Positions 12,804-26,180 are shown, counted from the stretch's first letter. The stretch: 64,000 bases of DNA from Raillietiella orientalis (GCA_036172245.1 JAYWIR010000009.1:620001-684000); one strand, 5' to 3'. The notes: a model not told the origin generated them from the letters alone. Translations and numbers: made by a program.

Positions 12804-13270
12804 ATGTCCGCTGGACGGCGTCCTCTGCATTCTGTCCAGGATGCCGACAAGTTCCATCTGAGTATGTCGCAGGTGGGGTCATCTTGCTGCCGTCCGCAGA
12901 AAGCTCAGGGTGAAGCAGATCACGTCCCTATCGTGCCGTCCTCATCTCGCGTAGCTCCAGGCCTCCACAATCCCAGGTAGGCAGCAGAGAGTTGTCAAGG
13001 ATGCACCAGGTGAAAGGGCATCGCGCACGAAGAGGTGCTCTATCACGTCCCTGGGGGCGTTCATTGGTGCACCTAGGACCATTGCGAGACGCAACCACAG
13101 GAGCCTGAGAGCAACGCAGGTAACATTCAGGTGCGGGAGAGATTCTTGCTCCCCGCGACTCCAACAGTTGGAATCCACAGCCCCCCAGGTCGAGTGAGAC
13201 CGGCGGGCATTGCACGGAAGACCTCAGTGCAACACCAAAAGTGCCGACTCTGCCACTTCACGGGGAGGGC
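12804..13270 (+). mobile_element. Probable ORF1 start/remnant of the local non-LTR family
   Basis: ATG-initiated MSAGRRPLHSVQDADKF, which recurs at ~46810 (SAERRPLHPVQDADKF), ~40130 and ~60200 (minus). Downstream KCRLCHFTG is a zinc-knuckle-like remnant. Confidence 0.4.
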
Positions 13271-14329
13271 TCGGTTGTTATTCAGCGCTGGTGGCCAATT
13301 GGGGTCTTCCTGTAGGATTCTCAGCAGCTTACGCCAGTGTAATAGTCCCTTCGGTGGGGCAATTGGGGTCGCAGCGTCCGTGAGCTGGCCTGTGGTCCAA
13401 CCACCTAATTCCTTCGTGCAAAGACCTATTTCTCAACGGATCTTCCATTTTTCCGGCTAGTTACTGCCCAGGTGCTTCCGGAGGGAGGGAAGCACTGCAG
13501 CTAAAGAGGTTCCTTGCGCCCACGCACACGTGGAGGGTTGCACGGCCACATCCTGCAGCGAGCGGTTGTTGTAGAAGGAGTGCAGCAGTCGCTGCTGCAT
13601 CTTCGGACTCACTTCGTTGTTCTTGGCCCAGTGAGAACGGTTCTCTGCAACCAGACACTACCCTTCGCGTTCCGGCAGAAGATCCAGTTGTTGGCCCTGG
13701 TCAGCTTGACCACTCGCTAAAGCTCCATTCCTCAGCTGGACACGTTGAGCCTACGCCGCCGCACCAGGAACGAAGACAGTCCCGCGTTAGCCGCTGGCTC
13801 GCTTGACCGGGTGTCGTTCAAGCTCACACCAGTTGGTGCTCCACATCTTCGCCACTAGGGCGAGTGTCCTCTACTGGATCTGCTGTTCCATCCTCTCCGG
13901 TGTCAGGAGGCTGAGGCCTCCGTCACGACGCGGAGCGCACAAGTCCTTCAGGCGGACTCGGGACCTCCTTGTACCTCCCTCGGGCGATTTTCAGGCGGTC
14001 CTTCGTTTGCTCTTTACACTGTCCAATGGGGGGCAAACAAAAAGCAGGAGGCGAAAGGGGGGAGTCACGAACGTGTTCCACACTGCGGCCCGTTCCGACA
14101 AGAGAAGCTTGTCATCTTGGAATGGGTCGATCGCCGCCTCCGCCTCCTGGAGGCAGCTGGATTACACCTCCGCCGGATAATAGTCCCCCAACGATGCATC
14201 GAAGTACTTCAAGTACTCAACCCTGGGGATCCCTAAGTGGATCCAGTCCGACTACCCTGCCCACGCCGAACCGACTGCTACCACGGACGATTTCGCCCTG
14301 CTCACCTCCAGTCTTGTCCCACACTTAGC

Positions 14330-14538
14330 AGCTCGAGGAAACCTTCGAGTGTGGACGCTGGGGTGGACATGGGGTGCATCAGCAGAAGATCGTTTGCATA
14401 CGCAGAAGCGGCCGGTGTGCTTGAACACGCGTGTGGCAGGTGAGCCAGAGTCTCCCTGTATACCCTGGGCATCAACTTGAAGTAGGTGATGAAGAGCAAG
14501 GGGCTCAGGCTGTCGCTTTGCCGTATTTCGCGGCGCAC
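14330..14538 (-). mobile_element. Decayed non-LTR reverse transcriptase fragment
   Basis: REIRQSDSLSPLLF ... SAYANDLLL corresponds to the RQGDPLSPLLF and YADD motifs. Confidence 0.78.
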
Positions 14539-14779
14539 CGGCGCACAGTAAACATTTTGTCCTCGGAAAAAAATGTTGGCTAGCGCATCGCGCCAGCAGG
14601 AGCGCAGAAAGGCCGTTGAAGAGGCCTAAAGCTCATGCGTTCCAGGAGCCCCAGAAGAAGCTCCTTGCGCCCCTCCGGAGAACTCCTAGTACCCCCCCTA
14701 TGTGTAAACACTACGGTGCTTCCGTTGCGGTGGAAACGGGGTGTCCTGCTGCTTCTGCACTGAAGGGATTCCAGTGCAA

Positions 14780-15376
14780 CCAGCGCAGGACCTGGTTTCC
14801 GGGGAAGTTGCTGCCTCCCCGAGCTGTTCCAGGTGCGGGGCGGTGGAATCTCTCCCTCACCTCTTGTTGGAGTGCCTTCGAGGCCATTCGGCGGAGACTC
14901 CGTTAACTGATCCGCCACCGGAGGACACCGCCAAGGGCTTTCTGCGGCGCTTCCTCACGCAAGGCGGGCTGACGGCAGACACCGTCATCTCCACGAGATG
15001 CTGCATCCGCGCCATAGTCGCAGTCCGCTCCGTGTGAAAGAGTCTCGTTCGCAGCGAAGGGAAACCATCCGAATGGCTGCCGCCTTGATGAGGACGGCTG
15101 CAAGGTGGTCTCACCCGCCAGAGGAATTCATCAGAGAGATGATCATTAAACAAAGCCGCACCTAGGAAGGAGGGAATGACGGAAACCAAAGACCCCCCTG
15201 TCCCTTCCCTCCCGTCTTTTTTTTTATTCTATTTATTGTCCCTCCCTCCCGTTCTTGACTTCCTAAGAAGCTGGCTGCGAGCCGGTGGTCGCTTCCAGTG
15301 AACTTCTTTCATTGCTCTTGTATTTTTGTAGAGGACGCCATTTCCTCTGACTTGTAATTTATTTGTTTCGAATAAA
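14780..15376 (+). mobile_element. ORF2 C-terminus (CCHC finger) and 3' UTR of a Tx1/L1-like element
   Basis: CSRCGAVESLPHLLLEC (CX2CX7HX4C), CCIRAI, a pyrimidine-rich tail and AATAAA at 15371. Same layout as 41860-42509. Confidence 0.7.
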
Positions 15377-16624
15377 CGTCTCGGTGTGGCCGCCTACGAA
15401 CGAAGATGCTGTCGTTTGCATTGAGGGAGAAACCGGTGACCCCTCTCATCATTTATTCTTATTTGCTCGTTGTCCCTCCTTTTAACCACAACTATCGGCT
15501 GCTAGTAGTCATTCCTTTCGCTTCCCTCAATCCTCGTTCCAGAGCTTCCCGTCTGTCTAGGGAACAAGTTTACCAGCTTGTCTGTTCGTTTCTTGTAAAC
15601 AAACTCAGCATTGCGATCGAACGGAGTTGTCTTTGTTATCTCTTATATGCAGAAAGAATCCTCTCGTCATCCAGGAGAGCATACAGGTCGAAGACTCTTA
15701 GAGTAGGTTAGACGATGCTCTCCTGCTAGAAGATCAATCCGTTCTCCTAACAGGGTTCCTGTAATAACCCAGCGCATTTGCTCTCTGAAGGATTCGTGTT
15801 CGAGTTCGTACGCCGCTTCGTGAGAATGGTTCCAACCGCCTGATTCACTCCTCCTCTGAATTGGTCCACTCTCTTCCTGAGATGCACGACCGCATGCGAG
15901 TGCCGCCCTGCACAAATTAGCAACATGTCGGCGACGAAGTCATGCAGCAATGACGCCACTGCGTGTGGAATGGGCGGCCGTCAAGAACGAGCAGCCAGCG
16001 TTTTTCTTGGCTTCATCAGTGGAGACGGCAAACGGAGAGAACCCTCCTCCGCATGAGCTTTAATCGCTCGACCAGCATTTCGGAGGATCCAGGCAAGCTG
16101 CTCCCCAATGGGTTCCGACCAGGTGAGTCTGTCTCTTGCTGCCACTATTTTGTACCTTTGCTCCTCATCAACACAGTGGAGACCTTGGGGGACCATGGCG
16201 GCGCGTTCGTGGCGATTTGCTATTCGCGTTTCTTATCTTCGCTTACTTTCTTGAGGCTCCGTCTCTTTTCGGCACGATTGGATTGTCCGAGAATTCGGTT
16301 CTCATGCTGGGGCGCTCTGTTCCCTTGTCTCGTCCACGTTCTCATGAGCTGTGGAAAGGGGGTAGCGAAGTCCGTGACCTTGTTTTTCACAGATCAAGGA
16401 CCACGGGCTTCCTTGTTCCCTTTGCAGGAACACACACGTGCGGCGGTTGAAGTATCTCTTCGAAGTCACGCCTTCCTCGATCCTCCGATTCCCTCCTTAG
16501 ATCTTCTTCTGCAACAACAGCCAAGCTCGCCTTCCGCTGTCTCTTCCCTGTCCTCGTTGTCGCAGCCAAGGTGTGCTTCTTCTGCATTTGGAAACAGGGG
16601 AGTTGGTTCTTGTCGTCTTAGGTG

Positions 16625-16860
16625 AATGGTAATCATGAGAAGTTATTGATGACGGGTAAAAGTCAGTGATGGAAGAATCGTGTTAATTTTAGAACTGCTA
16701 TTTAATGAAATGGGTGAGGATAAGAGAGAGGGGAAAGAATTAAGGAAGATCCAGATGGATAAGAAAGTGATGACGATGTTGTTTGAAGGAAGGCGTACTT
16801 TATTGTGGTATGAGTGAAAAATAGAGAGGATGGAAAGGAAATAATGACACATGCAGATGA
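16625..16860 (-). pseudogene. Possible second NUMT (hydrophobic atp6/nad-like fragment)
   Basis: Abrupt purine-skewed block. Minus strand encodes I/L/S/F-rich NNIVITFLSIWIFLNSFPSLLSSPISLNSSSKINTILPSL, but no diagnostic motif is present. Confidence 0.22.
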
Positions 16861-19800
16861 AATTGATTTTTAGTCTAAATCGAATTATTAATCAGTTATT
16901 GGTAAAAGTCCATCGATGCTCGGCGGAAAGACAAAAGTCGTTGTTTACTTCTATGGGTTTTGTGAGATGGTAGCTGAGAAGTTTCCAGAACGGACTTTGC
17001 ATTTCAGGCGTTTCTATAATCAGTAAAAACCCGCTTTTCCAATTATCTCATGTGGTACTCTTCCGAGGAAGGTGTTGTGAATTGATTCTTCATCATCCAA
17101 TCAGCTCGCTCGCTTGCACTTATCATCGGTTCGCTCCAGGTTTGATTCTTCCTGGCTGCTGGAACTGATTGCGGTGTACCCTTGCGGTTCCAATGCTTTA
17201 GGTATCCTCGATGGTGTGCGTGTCCAGTGGCTTTCGGTATCTGACGTCAAACCATTTTCGATTTTGATCCCGCGATCAGGATGCAAAAATATCTGCTTAT
17301 TGCAGCTTTCCTGATTGAGCGCGCCATTCTCAATGACAGGACGGCAATCATTGGGGGTCTTCTAGCCCAACACTGGCATTTTTCCAAGCAGAGCCGGGAT
17401 GTCCGTCTTGTTTGCACTCCTCGTTTCCGGGCAGAATCTAGCCAGAGAAACTTCTGGAATCTTCGGAGCTCCGCAAACTCTCATCTCATGTGGCCCACTG
17501 AAAATTTGTACCTTTTGGAGGGTCATTTCCGCGATCCTGAGCTCGGATGGGACTTCCAATGCACACACGTGCTGAGAACACACCCAAAGAGTTGTGGACA
17601 CCCAGCTAGGCGCAGCGAGGGGCCGCACCTTTGGCGCGCCTTTGTCATCTTGCCGACTTTGCAATCTCCCACCAGATGCTGTTGCAGACGCTAGCAGGGT
17701 CAGAGTGACGCCCTGTTCCCTTCTCATCCGGCTCTCCCTGTCATTACTTTGCCCGCTCCCGAACGAGTCTCCAGGAAAGGTCCGATTCGCTGCCTACCGC
17801 ACCTCAAGCCCACAAAAAAACGGTCCCAGGACAGGCGATTAGGAAGAATAGAAAATACCGGAGGCAGCGTTCTCTTCACTTGAAAGGGAAACAGGGCGAG
17901 GGATCGAAGGCGCGTTTGCGCGCGCCCACGCCCCGAGAACCTTACGGCAGCCATGTTCTCCACACGTGGCGTCAGTCCTTCCCCTTGTAAGCAGACCAGT
18001 CGCTTGCTGTAGTGGAGCATCCACGCGTGCGTAGAAAGAAAAAAACAACTCGCAATGGTAAACCTTCGACTGCTGTCAGTGACCGTAGTCCATGCTGAGT
18101 GCTTTGCATTGTCTAGTGTCAAGTGGACGGATCCGAAAGCCTTGGTGTGGAGGGGAAATGGAAGACGAGGAGCACTCTGGATGCAATTTTCATCCAACTG
18201 AAAGGATCGCGCGTCTGGATTCTCGCTGCACGTCCCTGGGCGTGCAGCCTGAGAGGCGCGTGCCCCCTGTGGCTCTCTTCCCTCCAGGCCCGACTCATTC
18301 ATCCGCCTGTACCTTCCCGTCCTCATTGCCGAGTTACAGGTCGAAGACGAGAGAGGGCCAGGTGGAGGGAGACGCGAGCGTCATCGCATCTCCCGCTTCT
18401 TCTGCGTGCCCTCAGCTCATGCGATCCTTTCGGCGGCTGGACGTGGAAGTGTCCGGAGGGCGCCTGAGGATACGTCCACGTGTGGCCGGCAGCGAAGCTT
18501 CGGACCTCGGAGGAAAACGGGCCACATTCTGGAGGAGGAAAGGAGCAGAGAGCTGACCCAGATTACGGAGTTCTTGCTGCTCGCCACATGTTTGCCCCGA
18601 TCACGCGGACGGAGCGGGCGGCGGAACGCGAGGCAGCGGGCTGGGGGACTTGGTTACGGAATTCGGCGAGCAGGCCGAGCGCGGGAAGAGGAAAGCTGGA
18701 CGACCAGGAGTGAAGTGGAGAGCAGCTTAATGTGCCACCGCCCACGTGCCACCGCTTGTGAAAGTGGTGGTGCACCAACCCGTGCCACCACTTTTTTGTG
18801 AATTCCTCTCCCGAAGAGTCTCGGCGAGGTCGCTTGCAGCTGCAGGCCTGTGCACGGCTGTGCCCTTTCGCGGAAGCCAATAGGAACCGAAAATCAGCAT
18901 ATCCTGCGCAAAGGAAGAGGCATTTGCTTCTTGTTGTTTTGCTGCTTCCCACTGAGGCGAGCAGAGAGCTGCAGCTGATGGCTACGCCAGCTGGGACCCA
19001 TCCTTTTCCGTTACGAGGTCACCAAAGACGCCCCCAAGCATCGGCGTGCAGGAGTTTCTGCCTCTCTCTGGGTATTGTGGCGGCGATGTCCGGACTGCTT
19101 CTCTCATCTTCTTCTCGCAGGAGTGCTGCGTTTCCCAGAGGGCGAACCGGGCCTGTGCCGAGCCTCAACGTCGCTGACGGGCGTCCCTCAACTGGAAGTT
19201 GTTATCGGCCCCTCCCCCCAGAGCGGTCTCGGTTTCGCGATTTCTGTGGGTTTCTGCCAGGGGGACCGCTACTTGAAAACCTACCCGCTCTTCTCAGCTG
19301 CCGGTCAGGTCACATGAAAGTGTCGGGTTTCGCGGGGCGCCTGTGAGATGCGCTCTCACCCTTTATAGGTCACCCGGGCTCGCCCACTGAACTGGGAACA
19401 GCTCTTCAAGGTCGCTTGGAGACCCCGTTTCGCGATTTAAGGGGCCTTTCGGGGAGGAACTCTTTTAATTCTACTTCCCCAAGTGCTCACTGGCCGGTCA
19501 CAGCCCTTGTGTGATCCCGGTAAGCTTACGGAGGTGTTCGGTGTGGTGTTTTGGTGGCGAAGCAGTTTTCGCATCGGACGGGATGTGGTTTGGAACGAAG
19601 AGCAACACCCGTCCTTGCGCGACCTGCTTATGTGTGTTTTGTTCCCACGCGGCCCCGCAGCCCTTCCGTTCGGCTCGCGCTCGATTCTTATCGCGACGAC
19701 GACGACTCACGACAAAGCTGAAAGATCCAAAGTTGCATCTCTTCCTGCCCCGATCAATTCCTAGCCGCGCGTAATCGTCGCATATCTCCCTCAGAGATGC

Positions 19801-20267
19801 TCTCTTTGCGCGTGGCCGCCGTTCCCCAAGAATTTCGGGAAAAATTCAAGCGGGCCATCGGGAGGGGTGTTGGAGGAAGCAGCGAGCGCGACCTGGAGGG
19901 CCGGGAAACCACTCAAAGAGGTCTTCTCGTGACAGGTCCATCCTTAAATCGCTCATTCCTCCGTTTCCGCGTGACGAGATGACCCCTTCCCCTCCGCAGC
20001 CCCAAAGATGCGGTCCCCGGACCCACTTTTGCACGCCTGCAAAAGTGAGACCTAAGCGTCTGCTTCTGCGGTGCTTGGTTCCGAGACCGAAGCTGCCCGC
20101 CAGCTGCTGCATCCCAGTATGCTTGGAATTTCGTTTTCCCTCCTCTCACGCAGCAGGTCGTTTCCGAGAAGAGATGGAGGGACGGAGAAAAGGCGGTTTC
20201 CGCCTCACGTGCTCACCCGTGTACGTGATCTTCGTAGGACCAAGAAGAGGATTCCGCTCCCCTCAGG

Positions 20268-22172
20268 ATGTCTTCGGAGCCTTCCGCCGGATCCCTGATC
20301 AGACCTCTGGGAAACCTGGAGAACATGGCCGTGCGCATCCACAAGCACTGCAGCTCCCTCTCGATCGTGTATTCCCTGCAGACCAGGAGCCAGACTGTTA
20401 TTCACGACCACCACATGGAAGAGAGCTTATTAATCTTATTTAGGTAATGATGCTGTGCTAGAGGTTTCATGTTAAAACTAATAGCTGAGAGGTAAGTGTA
20501 TGGAAAGTCGATCCTAGAGTCGTGCGTGTATTCCCTGTTGCTCTAACTGAGGCGCGCATCCCAGAGGTGATCCAAGATGATCGTCATGGTGACCATGAGC
20601 CGCAGGAGAGAACGATGCTCAGTCATGCATTTCTAACGCGACCTCGAACGTGGCTCCTCCTCATTCGTGTGACTGGCAATTGGAGAGCCAAAAGTCCGGA
20701 GAGCACGATTCGGCAGAAATCCACTCGCAAAAATCCTTGCGAAGGAGGCCGGGGAAAACTTTTATCTCCGACGCGTCCCCGTCTTGCGTCTGTAGCCAGT
20801 TCGAGATGGCGGCGAACTTCCGTTCCGAGATCACGAGACGCCGCGCCACCCTTCCATGCCGCGCGCTCTCGAAAGTTCGCGGCGGATGTCTAGAACAGGA
20901 GACACACGGACTGCACCTCGCATCCTTTTCAGGAAGCTGCAGCATCTCCGGTGCTGCGTGGATGAGCTGCAGCGCGTGGTTTTCCGGGAAATGGCCGAGG
21001 AGAAGATCGACTTCAGAAGGGTGGTCTCGAGGGACTGGATGGGCGTGCACGAGGAACTGCTCCAGAACTCATACGACATGCGCCAAGGACCGCTTTGGTG
21101 CTGCAGGATGATACACAATGCAGACGGAAAGCTGGACGGCGACATTCATCCAAACAGAGTCCAGCACCAGGCTTACGTTATCCTCTTCGCTTTCCTGCAC
21201 TGCATCAGCGACAGCACATCCGACCTGAACACGTTCCGTCACTTCTTCCGCATTCTCAACAACGTACTGGAGGGCAGACCTTTCCCGGAGCACAAAATCA
21301 GCATCCTGCCCAGCATGGATGACCTGGTGCCCCACTGCGAAAGGCACTTCCACTTGAGCGACATCTTCGAGCTCGTGAAGGAAGCGTGGCACTTCCTGAG
21401 CAACCGAAAGTCTCCCTTCTACCAGGAATATCCCCGGCCGAAGAACGGCAAACCGGGAACGAGAACGATCTACACAATCTTCGGCGAGTCCGAGACGGAC
21501 CAGATAATCCGGCGGTGCAAGAAAGAGGGGTGTACGGTGCACGGCGCGTTCTGCGTGGTCGCCGCTTACGTGATGATCTCCATGACGTACGAATTCAACA
21601 AGGAGAAGAGCGCCAACTTGAGGATAGGCCATGCCGTCAACCTGAGGAAGTTCGTCAGGAAGAGCAGCGTGGACGCTTTCGGGCCCTGCTTCGTCCTACT
21701 CAACCACAACATGAGGGTCTACTTCGACTGCATGGACAACTTCTGGGAATACGCGCGCCAGTACACGAAATATCTGCACGACGAGCTGGACGGCGGGAAA
21801 GCCTTCCAGGCGAAGCGCATCATCGAGTTCTGCTACCAGAACCCTTCTTACATCATCAATCACCAGCTCGACCCCAAGAACCAGAGCTGCTTGTACGACT
21901 TTGGCACGAGCAACATGGGCAACGTCGACAACCTGCTCGGCGTAGCGGGAAACCTCTTAGAGGTCGTGGCCATCTGCCGCTCTACCGCCTTCCATAACAT
22001 GGGATCGGGTTTCACGCACAACCTCCAGACGTACAGAGGGAGGATGCACTACACCCTCGACTACTTCACGAATGTGGTCGAGGCGAACATCGCGCAGCGG
22101 TACAACAGCCAGATCGTGAAGACGCTGCACTACGTGACAAGCGATAAGTACAAAGATGGCGGCGGCGCTTAG
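20268..22172 (+). CDS. CoA-dependent acyltransferase of the condensation-domain / alcohol acetyltransferase / PapA5-like superfamily, 2 coding exons, 471 aa
   Basis: Exon 20268-20443 (MSSEPSAGSLIRPLGNLENM...LILF, donor gtaatg) splices in phase 2 to exon 20933-22172 (acceptor ccttttcag; KLQHLRCC...). Motifs: RPLG..E, GPLW, FAFLHCISDS (HxxxD), CKKEGCTVHG, VNLR, TSNMG. Strong C/G third-position bias. Confidence 0.88.
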
Positions 22173-22221
22173 CTGCGCCGCCAAATGGATGCATCGTTCT
22201 GCTCCGAGAGCGGCGTCTTCG

Positions 22222-22340
22222 TACCCCATGAAATGCACGAGGTAACCCAGTAGTAAACAAACTGGAACGGTCACCCGTCTCTTGACTGCAGGTGTGAGGG
22301 TGTTGAATCCTCTGCCCAAAGGGAGGGAGGAAGACTGCGT
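22222..22340 (+). repeat. Dispersed direct repeat, copy 1 (partner 23545-23660)
   Basis: ccccatgaaatgcacg.ggt.acccagtagtaaacaaa.tggaacggtcacccgtct..tgactgcag...gaatcct...ccaaagggaggga is shared by both copies. Confidence 0.85.
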
Positions 22341-23544
22341 AAGAGCGAAGGCGCGACTCCGTATGCGCAAAGCACTGTAAATGTTTTTTTTTCTTCTTTA
22401 TCCCCGGAAACAGACAGAGTTTCCTGGACGGAGGCCCTGCAACTCTGTTAGGCATCATTCTGTTGTCGGTTGGCAGTCTTCAGGAGCTCCTCGGGCGACC
22501 GCTGGCAAGCTGGGCTTCTTAGAAGGGAGATCACAGAGCCTGCCGGACTCTCAGCGCTTCCGGTAGCGTTGGCACTCCCTAGTCGTCGTCCGCCGCTCCA
22601 ACCTGTCGCTCCTGAACGTACCGTAGCCTCTGCCGCTCCAGCTGCGGCAAGAAATCTTGACCTTCCTTGCCTGCTCTTCCGGACGAGTCCGTCCTCCGGA
22701 GAGTTGGCAAAGGCGTGGCGAGTCGCCAGCCAGTCAGACAAGAAAGGAGGTGGGGCACCCGTCCCCTTAGCCCGAGGGCAGCGATCAGCGGACGCGAGTC
22801 CAGGAGCAGACAATTCAACGCTTCAGCGGCTGTGAGCATGTGAATACTACCTTCACTAGCTGAGGTGCATTTGATTGTGTCCGTCCGTCGGCCTAATGAA
22901 TTTGTCCCCTCACACTCGTCCGACCGTTTTTCCGGGAGAGGGGGTGGCGGCGACTAGAAGCCTGAAGGCGCTTTGAAGCGCAAGAAATGGAGCTACGCGG
23001 AAGCTGAGTCCGGGATTGCTTCCGTTTTCTCTCTTGGGGACTTGTGCACCGCGAAGAGCGCAAGTTGGACTCAGGAGGAGGAGATGCTGAAATGGAAAAG
23101 GCATCGCCTTGAGAGGAGAGCTTCATCATCTGGAAAACAGGACGGGGTTCCACACAAAGCACCAGGCGAAGTCGCGGAAGGGTCAGCGGTTAAGCGCGCG
23201 AGCTCCCTCCACAAAATGGGGTAGTTCTCCCCACAAGGCGACCTCCGTCTCATGGTAGGGATGTAGGCGCGCATGAGAATCGCAGGCAGGAAATCCCCTC
23301 CCCGGACGAGAGGGATTCCGTGAATCTCAAGCAACACGCAGGGAACGGCGATGCAGGTCCCTGAGCGAGAAATAGGGGCGCCGGGCAACGCTCTTTAGGC
23401 GTGGTCCGCGCGTTGATTCGAATAAGACGCCGTCGATAGAGGACTGCGGACGAAGAGACGGGAACAGAAGAGCGTCCGGGAGCTCTGAGGCTGCCGACCG
23501 GAAGAGATGGCTCCGAGGGGCTGCTTTGAGAACGGCATCCCCTT

Positions 23545-23660
23545 GCCCCATGAAATGCACGTGGTCACCCAGTAGTAAACAAATTGGAACGGTCACCCGT
23601 CTTGTGACTGCAGTTGCGAGAGTGGTGAATCCTTTCGTCCAAAGGGAGGGAGAGAAGCGC
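23545..23660 (+). repeat. Dispersed direct repeat, copy 2 (partner 22222-22340)
   Basis: Same sequence as copy 1 with scattered substitutions. Confidence 0.85.
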
Positions 23661-25849
23661 AAGTTGGACTGTGGAGGGGGATCCCTTTGTTGAAAAAACG
23701 CCGGGCCCCAAGCAGTCTCCTCAGCCCCTGAGACTCGCAAAGTGGGTTCGGGACTTCAGTGTTCAGCGTCCGCGTCCCCAGAGTTCAGCAGTATGGCATC
23801 CCTACAAGAAGCTGGGGAGGCAGACAGGTTTGATCGGCATCTTCGGAGGCAACGAATGTATACACTACGAATGTATACCAGTGTATTGTGTAACCCACTG
23901 CGCAGCAGCTGGCCCGTCGCACCAGCAACGGGCACGCACTGTCCATCGCTGGAGTGGTGTGCGATGAGCAGACAGTCCTGGATGAACTATCGGTCACCGC
24001 AGTCTTCCTGGAGGAAGTCAGACTGGACCAGGAGACGTAAGTCCGCCGCTGCCACCCTAGCCGCAACACCTGTCCTCCCTGCGGGAGAGGAACGACCGTT
24101 GCCAAGAGGAAGGTTCAGTTCCGTGGCAGCCCGGAGAGATTTGCCGATGGGCAGGCTTGTGACCAACAGTTTACCACCATCGTCCTGAACAGGTCAAAGC
24201 TTCCCTTCGGTGGCAGCGCTCTTCGCGCTGGGTGCAGTCAAGGTCAGCACCGTGGACACCTGGGGAGTTTTCTTCTCGAGGGAAGAACAAGGAACAGGCA
24301 AGGTGGACTAGCGGGACCACAAGGCTGCCCCAGAACATCGAACGTCGAGAGAGGACGAGAAGGTAGAAAAAGACGATCACTGACAGGTCAGCTGTACGGA
24401 AGGATAGAAGGAGGGCAGGAAAGGGGGCAACAAATAAAAAGGTGGAGAAGTTCGGAGGAGCCCAAGAGGTCTCCAGCCACATCCTGCGCGACCTTGCGGC
24501 CATCCTCAGCTTCATTTTTTGGGGAAGATCGATCGCCACTTTCCTTATCACGAGAGGCGCACGTCCTTCCGTCCTTGCTGGCGATACCCGTCCGCGCATT
24601 GGGATGCCGCCTGGCATGGAGAAGCGTCGCCGTAGTAGCGCCTCCTCGTGGGTGCCCTCATGGCGAAGCATTGCGGCAACAGCGCCTTTCCCGAGACGCG
24701 GCGGAGGGATGCCGCGATCCAGAGACGGGCGCGCAGGACCCGTGTCGGCTTCCACCTCCGCCCAAGGCAGACTTCAAGGAGACGTGCACCCTCGTCCGGC
24801 TATGCAGCCACCGGTCTCACGGGAAGCCCCGGTGCGCGGAGGGACATGGGAGCGTTTGGAGCAGACCGTGGACGAGAGGACCCATCCGACAGCGGAATGT
24901 GCGGAGATCCAGCCCAGCAGAATGGTCCTTTCGCCCAGGTGTTTCCACGTTGGCTCTTGTCGGAGAAATCCTCCGCTTTTGGTCGCTGTTGCCACGGTAC
25001 TGAACCTGTCGCTCGGCAACATCGCTTCTCTGCAGTAGGGAGGACGGCGCTGCGACTGAGGAGGCGACGATGGCTCGGGCCCGCATCCTGTCTTTTTCCG
25101 AGGAGAGTGCGACCAGGCCATGGATGGGACCGACATCCTGTTAGCGATGTTCCTTGCGGCGGGGATCCGACTGCTTCGTGAGCCTCCACGCGTAGTCGTA
25201 GTTTCCGGGGCGGCAAGCGATCCCCCTAGGACCTCCCTGCAAGGAGCTGATTTACCTCGGAGAGAAGCCAGGAGACTTCATTAGGTGTCGTTTGCCAGGT
25301 AACAGGGACATCAGTCTCTCGCAACCGACTGCTCGTCCGGGCATGTCCCCTGCAGGAGGCGACGGTGCTGCAGTTCGTTGCCGTCGTCCGAGGCCGCAAT
25401 CCTGAAGGGAAGCTGCAGCTTCGTTTTCCGTAACGGGAGGATGCCGAGTCCTGCAACCCTTCGTAAAGGAATGAGGTCGACCTTGGAATGCCCCACAGTG
25501 TTTTCCGAATGAGACCGTTGGTCTGAAGTCTCACCTTTCGGGGAGGGCGGAAGCAAAAAGAAGTCGGAGGGAAGAGGCAACGAAGACGTTCCAAATGATG
25601 TCCCGTTCCGCCAGGCAAACTTGCCATTCTGGAACGAAGCCGACCCCGTCCCAACCTTATAGAAGAGGGTCCCAAAGACCATGGACAACCTTTGGCACCC
25701 TCCCTATCCATGCCAAACCCGGTGGAGTCCGTGAAAGGTTCCTCCCCTCCAAGTTTCTAGTCACACCGCGCAACCTCGCCTCCTCTCGTCAACTACAGGT
25801 TGGCATGCCAGAGAGCCCCACGGCAACGAGAAGAGGGATACGGTGGCGG

Positions 25850-26180
25850 AAACCCCGAGCGCTTCCGACCTCCCTCTGCTTCGGAGGATGTACGGGATCT
25901 CCAAGCAGGGAGTTGAGGACATAGGAAGAAGTGTATCAGAGACACTGCATGACGAGAACATGCATGATCGGGGGTCACCGGAATGGCAATTGCCTACGTG
26001 AGGATGGGCTGCAGGGTGGCCTCGCCTGCAAGGAGTGAAGGAGGGGACCTCCAGCATCCAGAGTCGGTTTTGAAATGAAGGAACGACAGACACCAATGAC
26101 CCTTGCCCCAGCCTCTCTTTATTTTATTTTATTTTCTCTTATTCCCCATTCCCTTTCACCCCTTACCTTTCCCGGTTTTC
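25850..26180 (+). mobile_element. Decayed 3' end of a Tx1/L1-like element abutting the CRESS insertion
   Basis: AAGWPRLQGVKEGTSSIQSRF resembles ASRWRRLRKHLPALVRIQTRM at ~42170, and is followed by the same tgaccc-pyrimidine tail. Confidence 0.5.

Noticed and set aside
16990..17100. BIR-domain-like minus-strand peptide EESIHNTF...GKAGFY
   Set aside because: Immediately followed by stops and lacks the Cys/His zinc ligands.
20856..22172. 438-aa ORF read as an intronless, bacterial-like gene
   Set aside because: The first ~25 codons are intronic. A strong acceptor at 20932 and an upstream exon with the family's RPLG..E motif give a better model.
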